Shown here piece after piece: positions 1 through 10,750 of a DNA stretch of 64,000 bases. The stretch's first letter is position 1. Every line of letters starts with the position of its first letter. A program made the position numbers and the translations under genes. Source of the DNA: Candidatus Poribacteria bacterium (GTDB lineage: Bacteria > Poribacteria > WGA-4E > WGA-3G); assembly GCA_965215265.1 (NCBI GenBank), contig OZ244048.1, positions 3,872,001-3,936,000 of the forward strand. The letters are read 5' to 3'. The notes below the pieces were generated by a model, which saw only the letters and a program-made list of their open reading frames with translations, had not been told where the DNA came from and made no database searches.

Positions 1-2328
1 TTTGACAAAACACGCGGCCTCTTTCCTCTCTTCGCTCACTATAAGTTTACCGTCGAGGAAAACACACCCATTGAACAAGAAGTCGCCCTCGATCCAGAGC
101 TGCTCGGACAGATATTCGAAAACCTCCTCGGCACCTATAACCCCGAAACGCAATCCACCGCACGCAAAGCCACAGGCTCTTACTACACACCCCGCCAAAT
201 CGTTGACTATATGGTAGACGAAGCACTCAGCGCATACCTCCTCCAAAACGTTAAACCCTACGACGGCGACACACAATATCTTGAAGAACGCCTCCGCGAA
301 GACCTCCTCGCTTACGATTCCCAAGGCAACATTGATGAAGACGCACATCACCTCATTCATCCAGAGGAAATCCAACCCCTCATTCAGGCGATAGACGCAC
401 TCAAAATCATAGATCCAGCCGTCGGCTCCGGGGCTTTCGCTATGGGCATCCTCAATAAACTCGTGCTCATCCTCCGAAAACTCGACCCGCAGAATCAAAA
501 CTGGAAGCAGCGACAACTTCAACAAGCTGAGAACATACCAGATGCCCAAAGCCGCGAAAGCGCAAAGCAGGCAATAGAGGCAGTCTTCTCCAAGGCGAAT
601 CACTACAACGACTACGGACGCAAACTCTACCTCATCCAAAACGGCCTCTACGGCATAGATATACAACCCATCGCCGTCACAATAGCAAAACTCCGTTTTT
701 TCATCTCCCTCATCATCGAGCAGATACCCAACCAGAACCCTGACGACAACTACGGCATCAGACCCCTCCCCAACTTGGAGACGAAGTTCGTTGCCGCAAA
801 CACCCTTATCGGGTTAAAGGAAGTAAAAACCTCCGAATTCCAGCAGCGCCTCGCAAAAGACGAGATTCAGGTGCTGCGTCAGAAGATTCACCAGCTGCGG
901 ACAGACCATTTCAGTGCAGCCACGCGCCCCGCCAAACGAGAAGTCGCAGAGAAAGAAGAGGCCTGTCGTCAAGCGTTGATAGAAGCCTTGCTAGCCCAAC
1001 ACAACGCCTGGAAAACACATCAGCAAAACCGCATCAGTCAAGAGGTGGCGCAGCTGCCAAAAGCATCCGCACGCCAGAAATTGCGAGAACAACGCCAGAA
1101 GGAATACACCGTTCGCGAGAAAAAACTAACAGCCAGCGTAGAAGAAGCCCAGAAAATCGCAAACTGGAATCCATACAACCAGAACGCCGTCGCCGATTTC
1201 TTTGAACCCGCATGGATGTTCGGCATCCACCACGGCTTTCACATCGTCATCGGCAATCCACCCTATGGTGCTAAAATTCCGAAAGTTGAATTGAAAAAGA
1301 TTAAAGCCACCTTACAAGATACACAAAATTCAAACAGTGCTGCCCTGTTTATTGATTATGGCAAAAATCAATTGATGAAATCCGATGGGATTCTTGCCTT
1401 TATTGTTCCTAAATCTCTATTGTACTCCAAAACTTGGCAGAGTTTAGCCTTCGCTTTAGCTGAGAAAGCAGCAGTTCTTATTGATGTTGAACGCGCCTTT
1501 AAGAATGTCTTATTGGAACAAGTTGTTTTCGTATATAGTTCCCAGTCTAAAAACGATTTCTATACAGCACGGAAATTTATCGGTGATACGTTTACCCAAA
1601 CGACTCAGATTTCCAGAAGCTGTCCAAAAATGTTTGAGGCCTGGATATGCGATGTATCCAGCCATGAAATACGGTTAGGTTTAAAAATTAATCAAATCGG
1701 GATGCGTCTAAGTGAAATTTCAAAAAGTATGCGAGGTTTGTCGGTACAGAAATTCCTAAGTCCTACTGGTGAGATTAAAGTAATTGGGGGTAGAAATATA
1801 AGCCGCTACGGAATTGATGGCATAAGAGGATTTACATGCCGTGACACTCTTGATTCGACTCATGGGAAAATTCAAGCGTTACTTAAGCCAAAAATAATTT
1901 CTCAGAATATCGTGACTGCAAAAAAAATAAATGCCACCGTTGACAAAAACGGCGATATATTAGGAGTTGACACGGTCGAAAACACGTTTCTCACGAATCC
2001 AAATTTTAGCTTGAATTTTATTGCCGCTCTATTCAATTCTACATTAGTTAACTGGTACGCCCACCGGTTTATCTTTTGCTCTGCACTCATGACAATGCAC
2101 TTTGATAACTACTATATTGGCAAAATACCTATTCCGTTTGTGCAATCTGAAGAGCAACAATCTATCATTGAACTTGTGGATGGGGTTCTATCAGCGAAGC
2201 AAGAAAACCCTAAGCTAAACAGTGACGATGTTGAACGAAAAATTGATAAGTTGGTTTACGAACTTTATGGATTAACCGATGAGGACATCGCGATTGTAGA
2301 AAATGCAATGGGGTGGAAGGCTGGGTAA
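1..2328 (+). CDS. Type IIG (Eco57I-like) restriction-modification enzyme / N6-adenine MTase with C-terminal TRD, 5'-partial
   Basis: Frame 1 is open from base 1 (FTVEENTP..ALDPELLGQIFENLL..RKATGSYYTP), then motif I DPAVGSGAF, motif IV GNPPY and a TaqI-C-like tail (IDKLVYELYGLT). The gene starts before the window. Confidence 0.9.
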   Translation, partial: FDKTRGLFPLFAHYKFTVEENTPIEQEVALDPELLGQIFENLLGTYNPETQSTARKATGSYYTPRQIVDYMVDEALSAYLLQNVKPYDGDTQYLEERLREDLLAYDSQGNIDEDAHHLIHPEEIQPLIQAIDALKIIDPAVGSGAFAMGILNKLVLILRKLDPQNQNWKQRQLQQAENIPDAQSRESAKQAIEAVFSKANHYNDYGRKLYLIQNGLYGIDIQPIAVTIAKLRFFISLIIEQIPNQNPDDNYGIRPLPNLETKFVAANTLIGLKEVKTSEFQQRLAKDEIQVLRQKIHQLRTDHFSAATRPAKREVAEKEEACRQALIEALLAQHNAWKTHQQNRISQEVAQLPKASARQKLREQRQKEYTVREKKLTASVEEAQKIANWNPYNQNAVADFFEPAWMFGIHHGFHIVIGNPPYGAKIPKVELKKIKATLQDTQNSNSAALFIDYGKNQLMKSDGILAFIVPKSLLYSKTWQSLAFALAEKAAVLIDVERAFKNVLLEQVVFVYSSQSKNDFYTARKFIGDTFTQTTQISRSCPKMFEAWICDVSSHEIRLGLKINQIGMRLSEISKSMRGLSVQKFLSPTGEIKVIGGRNISRYGIDGIRGFTCRDTLDSTHGKIQALLKPKIISQNIVTAKKINATVDKNGDILGVDTVENTFLTNPNFSLNFIAALFNSTLVNWYAHRFIFCSALMTMHFDNYYIGKIPIPFVQSEEQQSIIELVDGVLSAKQENPKLNSDDVERKIDKLVYELYGLTDEDIAIVENAMGWKAG

Positions 2329-2763
2329 CGACTTCGGACTAATAGAACAGACGTATCGCGATGCAGGAATGACTGTATGAAGCACCACGCTCTATATTAT
2401 AGCAACCCACCAGAATTGCGGTTTGGAGCAAAACATCTGAAGTTGCGATATGAGCCGTTTTCACGAAAGAAACGCATGTCGGATCTTCTGAACGCAGTGG
2501 TAGTCTACTCTTGCGAAAACCTCTCGTGAAACTTTTCGTGAATGGGCATACTTTGAAGCAAAACATATGATTCTATCGTGCCTACTCTCAATTCACGAAA
2601 AAAAGGGCGTAAATAAAAAAAATTACGGGCACTTCATTTTCGCACTTTTCGTGGATATGCCGAGGCATTCGGACACTGGAGTGCCTTCCTACAGAGGAAT
2701 CTTGCAATTTCACGAACGTTCATAACGGAGAACTAAATCGCTCTATAGAAAATTAAAAAATTG

Positions 2764-2792
2764 TGGCTTAAAATTCAGAATTTCGGTATACT
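2764..2792 (+). promoter_or_regulatory. Putative sigma70 promoter TGGCTT-17-TATACT
   Basis: Near-consensus -10 (2787-2792) with a 17-bp spacer, just upstream of a structured segment. Confidence 0.4.
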
Positions 2793-2798
2793 ATTTAC

Positions 2799-2975
2799 TT
2801 CTAAGTATAGGGGTATTGTGCTCACTGCTGAGTTACTCTACTTGCAGCAAAGTTGCTGACGCTACAGAATGGAAAGCACGGCGAACCTGCCTAATGCTGT
2901 GTGCGGGGGCTGCGATTCAGAGAGCGTACCTAAGAAGGAGTCTTGTGTCAGGGAAGCCATTTTTCCCTGTAACGC
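2799..2975 (+). ncRNA. Candidate rod-shaped ncRNA (6S RNA-like)
   Basis: Nested complementary blocks: TATAGGG/CCCTGTA, CTGA/TCAG, ACTCT/GGAGT, ACGCT/AGCGT, GAAT/ATTC, GCACGGC/GCTGTGT. About 170 nt, downstream of a promoter. Pairings were found by eye. Confidence 0.4.
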
Positions 2976-3078
2976 TTAATTGCGTATCACAAACCATGTC
3001 GAAATTTGATAGCGAACGGTTTTCAATGGATTTAACTCACGCAAAACGAACGTACGAAAATTTGTAGGAAGGTAATGA

Positions 3079-3753
3079 ATGGATAGTAAACCCAATCCAC
3101 TATATACACTCGCCAGTCTTACCAGTATCTTAAGTGGACTGCTGATGGTAGTCTCAAGTTGTCTCTTTATATTTAACGTCATCCCAGATTTCTCAGCCTC
3201 TGCTGAGTCACAAGTTGATCAGAGAACCGGCATTCTACATGGCATTGGCGTTGTTACCCTCATCCTGATTGTGCCGACGGTTGCCGCCAATTATACCTTA
3301 CTCCGTTCGGAAACACGTGGTCGAAGTCTTTTAGGTGCGTTGTTCGCGATGCTATGGATCCTGATGGAATTGGCAGCGCACTGTTCCTTAACGGCCCCGC
3401 TTCGCTCACTCTCAGAATTATTGGTGAATCCAGAAACTGAGGCATTTGGAAGGGCGTTCTCTGCCATCTGGGAAGAGTGGGGTGAGGCCCTCTTTATGAC
3501 AGGGAGCTTCTTCTCTGTTTTAATGGCCCTCTGTTATGGACTAGCGTTTCACTCATGGGGGAATCCTCCGGCAGCGGCTCTATTCTTAATCTGTGCTATT
3601 GCTTTCCCGGTTGGCGTATGGCTGCTGGGCGGCATCCAGTTACATGTCCTGCTCCGCGGCTGTGCTTTTATCTTTATGGGCGGCGTTCTCTTGCGGGCTG
3701 CACGAGAGACTGAAACGGATTCGCTCGATTCTGTTAATTATTTTGACGTATAA
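3079..3753 (+). CDS. Multi-pass membrane protein of unknown function
   Basis: Good RBS (GGAAGGT); about six hydrophobic helices. Confidence 0.75.
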   Translation: MDSKPNPLYTLASLTSILSGLLMVVSSCLFIFNVIPDFSASAESQVDQRTGILHGIGVVTLILIVPTVAANYTLLRSETRGRSLLGALFAMLWILMELAAHCSLTAPLRSLSELLVNPETEAFGRAFSAIWEEWGEALFMTGSFFSVLMALCYGLAFHSWGNPPAAALFLICAIAFPVGVWLLGGIQLHVLLRGCAFIFMGGVLLRAARETETDSLDSVNYFDV

Positions 3754-3880
3754 GCCGTGAGCACTCTGGTGCGGAGAATACAGCCAAAGCACTTCTAGGC
3801 AGAGGATGTCCAGACGCACAGAGAAAAAAAGACGAAATGCAAGTCCGATTGGTTTTGACACTGCAGATCGCACCTTTCGC

Positions 3881-4645
3881 CTATTCTTCGTTGAGTAACC
3901 TTTCTACCTCCGCCAAGATATCGGCGTTCTCATTATTCGGCTCATCGTCTGTCTCTGCCCCGAGACCCTCTAAATCGGCTCGGAATTCAATGAGATTCTT
4001 GAGGTAGTGCTCGCGTGTCACATTCTCAGCGTCGGGGTGCTCTTCGCGCAAGCACTCAGCACAAAATGTGCCAATCTGCTGGATACCTGCGTCAATGTTC
4101 CGTAATGCTTCAGCCGTCTCCCCTTCTTGTAGACATAATTCGGCTTTGGCGATGCTGTTCATCATGAGCATGTATCCTTTGTACTGGTAACTCTGCCATG
4201 CAATTTCCGGCGGTGCGTACCGTCGTGCGAGCGTAGTAACAGCCAGATTAATGTCAGTATCATACTGGACATCTTCCCACCGTTTGATACCGGAGAACAG
4301 CAGGTAGCGAGTGTAGCGGTGGAAAGCTTCCTCAAAGAGAACGTTCCATTCCTGCGGGGCGAGTTCGAATCCTTCTGGGGTTCCGTGCTCTTCTTCGTAT
4401 ACCTCTAATTTCTGGCGAAAATAGTCGTAGTAGGAATTTGCACCGTGTGGACGCATGCCGTCCGGACGGCCCGTAACGTACACACGCGATATAGTGAAGG
4501 CATTAGGTTGGACGATAATCACTTCTCTGCCGTCCTCAATTGTTAAAACGCGAATCGGGTTTTCAGCATCAAGGTTCAACACATCAAGAATCTTATCAAG
4601 ACTTTGAACCCACCGCGTGTTTCTTTCAACAGTATCGTTTTCCAT
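3881..4645 (-). CDS. Conserved hypothetical protein (GRPDGxRPHG family, resembling the N-terminal part of planctomycete 'UvrB/UvrC-motif' proteins)
   Basis: 254 aa with RBS AAAGGGA, directly after carB; motif GRPDGMRPHG..SYYDY; acidic tail. Confidence 0.65.
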   Translation of the reverse strand: MENDTVERNTRWVQSLDKILDVLNLDAENPIRVLTIEDGREVIIVQPNAFTISRVYVTGRPDGMRPHGANSYYDYFRQKLEVYEEEHGTPEGFELAPQEWNVLFEEAFHRYTRYLLFSGIKRWEDVQYDTDINLAVTTLARRYAPPEIAWQSYQYKGYMLMMNSIAKAELCLQEGETAEALRNIDAGIQQIGTFCAECLREEHPDAENVTREHYLKNLIEFRADLEGLGAETDDEPNNENADILAEVERLLNEE

Positions 4646-4704
4646 CTTTTGTCGCGTCCCTTTCTGTCAAAATTGCATAATTTATAGAATCATTACTCTT
4701 ATAG

Positions 4705-7700
4705 TTACAACTGATGGCAATAGTAATCTTGGAGCGGCGTGACAGAAATTTCCCCACGTCGGAGGACATCAATAGCGTTGACTGCAGCTGCAGCACCGGG
4801 GATGGTTGAAAAAATTGGAATGTCATGCTCTATTGCCATTTGCCGGATTAAAAGCTCGTTCGAGCGATGCAAGTCACCTGTTGGCGTGTTAATAATCAGG
4901 GCGACAGCGTGGTTTTTGATATAGTCATGAATGGTTGGGCGCCCCTTGCCAATGCTGTAGACGAGCGCCGCAGTCATGCCATTCCGGAGCAAGACTTTAG
5001 CTGTACCATGCGTAGCGATGAGCTCAAATCCCATATCAGTCAGTTTCTTAGCGATGAAAATAATGGCGCGTTTGTCCTTATTTCTCACACTGATAAATAC
5101 CTTGCCCTTGAGTGGCAACGTGTAGCCACACGCCTTTTGTGCCTTCGCGAATGCTCGCGATACGTCGGTATCAATACCCATCACTTCGCCTGTTGATTTC
5201 ATTTCAGGCCCGAGACGTGAGTTTGCCCCAGGAAACCGGTTGAACGGGAACACGGGGGCCTTCACACTGAAATAGGGCGGTTCAATTTCTTGCGTAAATC
5301 CGAGCTCGTCTAATGTTTTCCCGGCCATCACGCGTGCAGCCAGTTTGGCCAAAGGTTTACCGATCGCCTTACTGACAAATGGAATAGTTCGCGAAGCGCG
5401 GGCGTTCACCTCAAGCACATAAATCTCATCGTTTTTTATCGCATATTGCACGTTCATCAAGCCTCGAACACGCAGGGCTTTGGCAAGCGCGTAAGTATAC
5501 CTCTTAAGGTTCTCAATCTGCTCATCAACCAGGGTATAAGGTGGGAGAACACAGTCACTGTCCCCTGAATGGACACCTGCTTCTTCAATATGCTCCATAA
5601 TTCCACCGATGACCGTCCGGTTCCCATCGGAGATAGCATCAACGTCCACTTCAATTGCTTCCTCAAGGTATTTATCAATAAGCACTGGGTGTTCCGGTGA
5701 AGCTTGCACGGCCGACTGCATATATTCGCGGAGCAGATTTTCGTCGTAAACAATCTGCATGGCGCGTCCCCCTAATACATAGGATGGCCGGACAATCACT
5801 GGATAACCGAGTGCAGCAGCAATCGGTGCGGCTTCTTCACTTGAGGTGGCCGTGCTATTGGGCGGTTGCATGATTCCTATTTCGTCCAACACCTCTTTAA
5901 ACAACTTCCGGTCTTCCGATCGGGCGATGTCCTCCGGGCTCGTTCCGATGATGGGTACCCCTGCGTTTTTAAGTAGCATCGCCAGATTCAGCGGTGTCTG
6001 TCCGCCGAATTGAACGATAACGCCAGCCGGTTTCTCCTTGTCGTAGATATTCAAAACATCTTCACCGGTCAGCGGTTCAAAGTAGAGCCGGTCGGAGGTA
6101 TCGTAATCGGTGCTGACGGTTTCTGGATTACTGTTAACCATGATGGTTTCGTATCCATCTTCCTTGAGCGCCATCGCGGCGTGCACGCAGCAGTAATCAA
6201 ATTCGATGCCTTGTCCGATGCGGTTGGGCCCACCGCCGAGGATCATGATTTTCGGGTTGTCTGTGTGCCGGACTTCATCTTCGCTGGAGCATGTTGAATA
6301 GTAATACGGGGTTTCGGCTTCAAATTCGGCGGCACAGGTATCAACGGTTTTGAAGGTTGCCTCAACTCCGAGTTTCTTCCTGACTTTCCGCAGTGTGGTT
6401 TCTTGTACGTCGTAGATATCGGCGAGCTGCCGGTCTGAAAACCCGAACTGTTTGACTTTTCGTAGAAGATGCGAGAGTTCGTCCTGTGAAGATAATGTGA
6501 CTTGACGGTTGGGCTGTAGTTCTGCCTGAAACAGTTTCCGGGTGTGTGGCGCTTCCAAAACCTTTTCAAATTCAACGATTTCTTGGAGGTTATAGAGGAA
6601 AAACAGGTCAATGTGGGTATAGGCGTTGATCTCTTCAATGCTCATACCGCGTTTGAGCGCCGTTTTGATGTAAAAGAGCCGTTCGACGTTAGGGACGGTT
6701 AATTTACTAGAAAGCTCCGAGAACGGGAGTTCCTCAAGCGGATGATTATCAAATCCGTGCCAGCCGGTTTCTAAGGAGCGCAAGCCCTTCTGGAGTGCTT
6801 CCTTAAAGGTCCGGCCGATCGACATCGCCTCTCCAACCGATTTCATTTGCGTCGTCAAGGTTTCATCAGTACCTTGAAATTTTTCAAATGCCCACCGCGG
6901 TATTTTGACGACAACGTAATCAATCGTCGGCTCGAAGCAGGCAGGCGTTTCTGCCGTAATATCATTGGGTATCTCATCCAAGTTATAGCCGACAGCCAGT
7001 TTGGCAGCCAGTTTGGCGATTGGGAAACCAGTGGCTTTTGAGGCAAGTGCCGAGCTGCGTGAAACACGCGGGTTCATCTCAATGACAACTTGTTGACCGG
7101 TCTCCGGATGCACCGCAAACTGTATGTTTGAGCCACCTGTATCCACCCCTATTTCGCGAATAATTTTAATCGCGGAATCCCGCATCAATTGATATTCCTT
7201 GTCTGTTAACGTTTGGATCGGTGCAACGGTAATGCTATCCCCGGTGTGAACGCCCATCGGATCGACGTTTTCGATGGAACAGATAATGACGACGTTGTCT
7301 GCCCCGTCGCGCATCACCTCTAATTCAAATTCCTTCCAGCCTATCACAGATTCTTCTATGAGCAGCTCGTTGATAGGACTTAGCGCGAGCCCAGCGGCTA
7401 CCATCTTCTCATATTCTTCGATATTGTAAGCGATACCACCGCCCGTACCGCCCAGCGTGAACGCCGGGCGAATAATGGCAGGGAAGCCAATTGGCTCGAT
7501 GAGCGCGAGTGCCTCTTGCACCGAATGCGCGATGCCGCTTTGCGGGACATCCAGGCCGATTTTTTGCATCGCTTGTTTGAACAAGGCACGGTCCTCCGCT
7601 TTCTGAATTGCAGGCAGCTTCGCGCCAATCAACTCAACTTCGTATTTATCGAGGACTCCGGATTCTGCAAGTTCAACCGAGACATTCAAGGCAGTCTGTC

Positions 7701-7974
7701 CCCCTAAGGTTGGCAGCAAGGCTTGCGGGCGTTCGGCGGCAATAACCTGTTCAACCGTATCCGCGGCAATCGGCTCAATATAGGTGCGGTCTGCGAAATC
7801 CGGATCCGTCATAATCGTCGCAGGGTTGCTATTAACGAGAACAATCTCATAGCCCTCTTCTTTGAGTGCTTTACACGCCTGCGTTCCGGAGTAATCAAAT
7901 TCGCAGGCTTGGCCAATAATAATCGCACCGGAGCCGATAATTAAGATTTTTCTGATGTCTGTTCGCTTTGGCAT
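4705..7974 (-). CDS. carB: Carbamoyl-phosphate synthase large subunit
   Basis: MPKRTDI start, [11 protein letters not shown], two ATP-grasp halves ([18 protein letters not shown]), MGS domain. Confidence 0.99.
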   Translation of the reverse strand: MPKRTDIRKILIIGSGAIIIGQACEFDYSGTQACKALKEEGYEIVLVNSNPATIMTDPDFADRTYIEPIAADTVEQVIAAERPQALLPTLGGQTALNVSVELAESGVLDKYEVELIGAKLPAIQKAEDRALFKQAMQKIGLDVPQSGIAHSVQEALALIEPIGFPAIIRPAFTLGGTGGGIAYNIEEYEKMVAAGLALSPINELLIEESVIGWKEFELEVMRDGADNVVIICSIENVDPMGVHTGDSITVAPIQTLTDKEYQLMRDSAIKIIREIGVDTGGSNIQFAVHPETGQQVVIEMNPRVSRSSALASKATGFPIAKLAAKLAVGYNLDEIPNDITAETPACFEPTIDYVVVKIPRWAFEKFQGTDETLTTQMKSVGEAMSIGRTFKEALQKGLRSLETGWHGFDNHPLEELPFSELSSKLTVPNVERLFYIKTALKRGMSIEEINAYTHIDLFFLYNLQEIVEFEKVLEAPHTRKLFQAELQPNRQVTLSSQDELSHLLRKVKQFGFSDRQLADIYDVQETTLRKVRKKLGVEATFKTVDTCAAEFEAETPYYYSTCSSEDEVRHTDNPKIMILGGGPNRIGQGIEFDYCCVHAAMALKEDGYETIMVNSNPETVSTDYDTSDRLYFEPLTGEDVLNIYDKEKPAGVIVQFGGQTPLNLAMLLKNAGVPIIGTSPEDIARSEDRKLFKEVLDEIGIMQPPNSTATSSEEAAPIAAALGYPVIVRPSYVLGGRAMQIVYDENLLREYMQSAVQASPEHPVLIDKYLEEAIEVDVDAISDGNRTVIGGIMEHIEEAGVHSGDSDCVLPPYTLVDEQIENLKRYTYALAKALRVRGLMNVQYAIKNDEIYVLEVNARASRTIPFVSKAIGKPLAKLAARVMAGKTLDELGFTQEIEPPYFSVKAPVFPFNRFPGANSRLGPEMKSTGEVMGIDTDVSRAFAKAQKACGYTLPLKGKVFISVRNKDKRAIIFIAKKLTDMGFELIATHGTAKVLLRNGMTAALVYSIGKGRPTIHDYIKNHAVALIINTPTGDLHRSNELLIRQMAIEHDIPIFSTIPGAAAAVNAIDVLRRGEISVTPLQDYYCHQL

Positions 7975-8100
7975 TTTTTATCTATTTGCCTTGTTGTAAG
8001 CCGGTGCTACGGAAATCCAGGCTGACACGGCGTTGTCACTGCCGGGATAATCTTTTCACTCTGCTGCGCGCTCTACATACCATCACACGTCTCGTGGGTA

Positions 8101-9270
8101 TTATGTGCACGTCTCCTCCATCATTTGTGTAAACTTTGAAAAGAGATAACTCGCATCATGCGGGCCGGGGGAGGCCTCCGGGTGATATTGCACAGAGAAA
8201 ACAGGATAGTCCCGATGCTGTATTCCTTCAAGGGTATCATCATTTAAGTTAATATGGGTTACGTCAACGCTGCTCGGCAGTGAATCAATGTCCACGCAGA
8301 ACCCATGATTTTGGGAGGTGATTTCAACCTGACCGGTTTCGAAGTGTTTGACCGGTTGATTCGCACCGCGATGTCCAAACTTTAGTTTATAGGTTTTTCC
8401 ACCCAAGGCGAGCCCCAGCAGTTGATGTCCCAAACAGATTCCGAAGAGCGGTTTTTTGCCTATAAGTTGCTGGATCGTCTGAATTGCGTAGTCAATCGGC
8501 ATCGGGTCCCCGGGCCCGTTCGAGAGAAACACGCCATCAGGCTCGCCAGCGAGAATTTCTTCAGCGGATGTTTTCGCTGGAACAACTTGCACCTCACAGC
8601 CATGCGTCGTCAGCTGCCGGAGTATATTATATTTGATGCCGAAGTCAACTGCAACCACGCGGTATTTCCGGTTTCTGGCTGCTCCATGCGGAGTGGGCCC
8701 CACGACGCGCGCGTTTGGTTGATGTTGAAAGTGCCAGCCGTTCTGCCTCTCGTAAGCCGGCCGGTCCTTCCAGGCATACGGGTTCGGACAAGTGACGCGT
8801 TGCACAAGATCCCATCCGACCAGGCCGTGCCACGCGTGTGCCTTCGCGATGAGTTTTGCCCCATCGGATTCTTCCGTAGAGAGACATCCGTTCATCACCC
8901 CGTGGACACGCAGTCGACGTGTGAGCGCGCGGGTATCCACACCTTGGATGCCGAGGATGCCGTGTTCTGCTAAGTAGGTGTCCAAACTCCATTTGGAACG
9001 CCAATTGCTGTGGTACGCGCTGTACTCCCGCACGACGAACCCCTCCACTTGCGGACGGATGGATTCAATGTCTGTTTCGTTACAGCCATAATTGCCAATT
9101 AACGGATAAGTCATTGTGACAAGCTGCCCTTTATAGGAGGGATCTGTCAACACTTCCTGATAGCCGGTCATGCTGGTGTTAAAAACAACTTCGCCGACAG
9201 TTTCGCCGGTTGCCCCAAACTGCTCGCCTTCAAAGAGCGTGCCGTCGGCTAAGGCAAGAATCGCTTTCAT
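8101..9270 (-). CDS. carA: Carbamoyl-phosphate synthase small subunit
   Basis: GEVVFNTSMTGYQE, LSNGPGDP, GICLGHQ, VQYHPEASPGPHD. Confidence 0.99.
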   Translation of the reverse strand: MKAILALADGTLFEGEQFGATGETVGEVVFNTSMTGYQEVLTDPSYKGQLVTMTYPLIGNYGCNETDIESIRPQVEGFVVREYSAYHSNWRSKWSLDTYLAEHGILGIQGVDTRALTRRLRVHGVMNGCLSTEESDGAKLIAKAHAWHGLVGWDLVQRVTCPNPYAWKDRPAYERQNGWHFQHQPNARVVGPTPHGAARNRKYRVVAVDFGIKYNILRQLTTHGCEVQVVPAKTSAEEILAGEPDGVFLSNGPGDPMPIDYAIQTIQQLIGKKPLFGICLGHQLLGLALGGKTYKLKFGHRGANQPVKHFETGQVEITSQNHGFCVDIDSLPSSVDVTHINLNDDTLEGIQHRDYPVFSVQYHPEASPGPHDASYLFSKFTQMMEETCT

Positions 9271-9366
9271 AATTTTTTATTTCATTCCTTGTTCGGAGCT
9301 TAGCAATTCCGAACCTATTTCATGCCTGAACGTCAAATCACATCAAAAACTGCCAGAGTACTTTAT

Positions 9367-10734
9367 TTATGCCGAACCCGGCAGCAACACGGTATAATTT
9401 TTGTGCGAATCATTGGCTGCACAGAGCGTTTTGACTGGCCAGCCTTGAAGTTTCCAGCCCGCGAAAGGTGTATTTTGGCTTTTGGAATAGCATTTTTCGA
9501 CTTCAACCGCAGCCACAGCTTTTGTATCAATGATTGTTATATCTGCCACTGCGCCAAGCGAGAGTGTACCTCGGTCGATGCCAAGAATCTTTGCAGGGAT
9601 ACATGACATCTTCGCTATTGCTTCAGACAGTGTGAGATGGCCCGCGTCAACAAGATATGTTAAGACAAGCGGGACACATGTTTCCAATCCAATAATCCCG
9701 TTGGGTGCGTCTTGTATATCGAGTGCCTTTTCTTCGGGTGCGTGCGGTGCGTGGTCTGTAGCGATTGCATCAATCGTTCCATCGCACAACCCTTCAAGGA
9801 GCGCCTCTATATCGGTTTGCGTCCGCAGGGGGGGATGCATTTTGGCGTTCGTGCCCTGCTTTTCGACTTCAGCATCAGTGAGTGTCCAATGGTGTGGGCA
9901 GACTTCGGCAGTGACGTGAACGCCGCGGCGTTTGCCTTGTCGCACCAATTCAACGGCACCTGCGGTGCTGAGGTGCAAGATATGCAGATGTCCGCCTGTC
10001 TCTTCAGCGAGTCTGATATCGCGTTCGACGATGATATCCTCCGCAGCGTTTGGGCTCCCGGTTAGATTTAGCTTGCGTGAAGTCTCTCCCAAATTCATCA
10101 CGGCTCCTGCATTCAGGTTAGCCTCTTCACAGTGCACCATTACCGGAAAATTATACACTGCACTGAGTCTCAGTGCTTCACGCATGAGGTCCGGATTCAT
10201 GACTGTTACGCCATCATCACTAACACCGACAGCACCCGCATCAAGCATGCCACGGATATCGGTGAGTTCTTCGCCCGCAAGCCCTTTAGTGATACTGCCG
10301 ACAGGGAAGACGTTGGCTGCTGCACGCTTTTGCGCGATGCTCAGAATATGCTCAATCCGCTGAGGTGAGTCTGTTACCGGTGAGGTGTTCGCCATGCAAA
10401 CAACGGAGGTGAATCCGCCTGCCTGTGCCGCCTGTGTACCAGTCGCAATTGTCTCTTTATGCTCAAATCCAGGTTCCCGGAGGTGGACATGCATGTCGAT
10501 AAGTCCGGGGGTGACAATTAAACCGGTAGCGTCAATTCCGTCTGTGTCTGTTGGTGTGGATTCCCAGATATTGCCGCCGACCTGCGCAATTTTTCCATCC
10601 ATGATAAGAATGTCGCCGACAGCATCAATTTTATTTGCCGGATCTATCACACGGCCGTTATGGATAACCAGGGGTGTGCGTACGTTGACTTTTCTTGTGT
10701 CTACGTTCTTTGTCGGTTTACTAAGTTTTTTCAT
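9367..10734 (-). CDS. pyrC: Dihydroorotase
   Basis: PGLIDMHVHLREPG, ATDHAPH, SKSQNTPF. Start placed at ATG 10734, which avoids overlap with pyrR. Confidence 0.95.
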   Translation of the reverse strand: MKKLSKPTKNVDTRKVNVRTPLVIHNGRVIDPANKIDAVGDILIMDGKIAQVGGNIWESTPTDTDGIDATGLIVTPGLIDMHVHLREPGFEHKETIATGTQAAQAGGFTSVVCMANTSPVTDSPQRIEHILSIAQKRAAANVFPVGSITKGLAGEELTDIRGMLDAGAVGVSDDGVTVMNPDLMREALRLSAVYNFPVMVHCEEANLNAGAVMNLGETSRKLNLTGSPNAAEDIIVERDIRLAEETGGHLHILHLSTAGAVELVRQGKRRGVHVTAEVCPHHWTLTDAEVEKQGTNAKMHPPLRTQTDIEALLEGLCDGTIDAIATDHAPHAPEEKALDIQDAPNGIIGLETCVPLVLTYLVDAGHLTLSEAIAKMSCIPAKILGIDRGTLSLGAVADITIIDTKAVAAVEVEKCYSKSQNTPFAGWKLQGWPVKTLCAANDSHKNYTVLLPGSA

Positions 10735-10750
10735 TTTTTGTCTACAGGTC

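Noticed and set aside
2-217. 71-aa ORF at the window start
   Set aside because: Off-frame shadow; frame 1 carries the conserved RM motifs continuous with 211-2328.
8680-8770. Extra segment in CarA (and ~6480-6550 in CarB) as a possible intein or mobile insertion
   Set aside because: Short, no intein terminal motifs, and located in variable linker regions.
8422-8973. 183-aa + strand ORF and similar antisense ORFs over carA, carB, pyrC, DUF5916 and thiO
   Set aside because: Antisense shadows of well-conserved genes, with no motifs or RBS.
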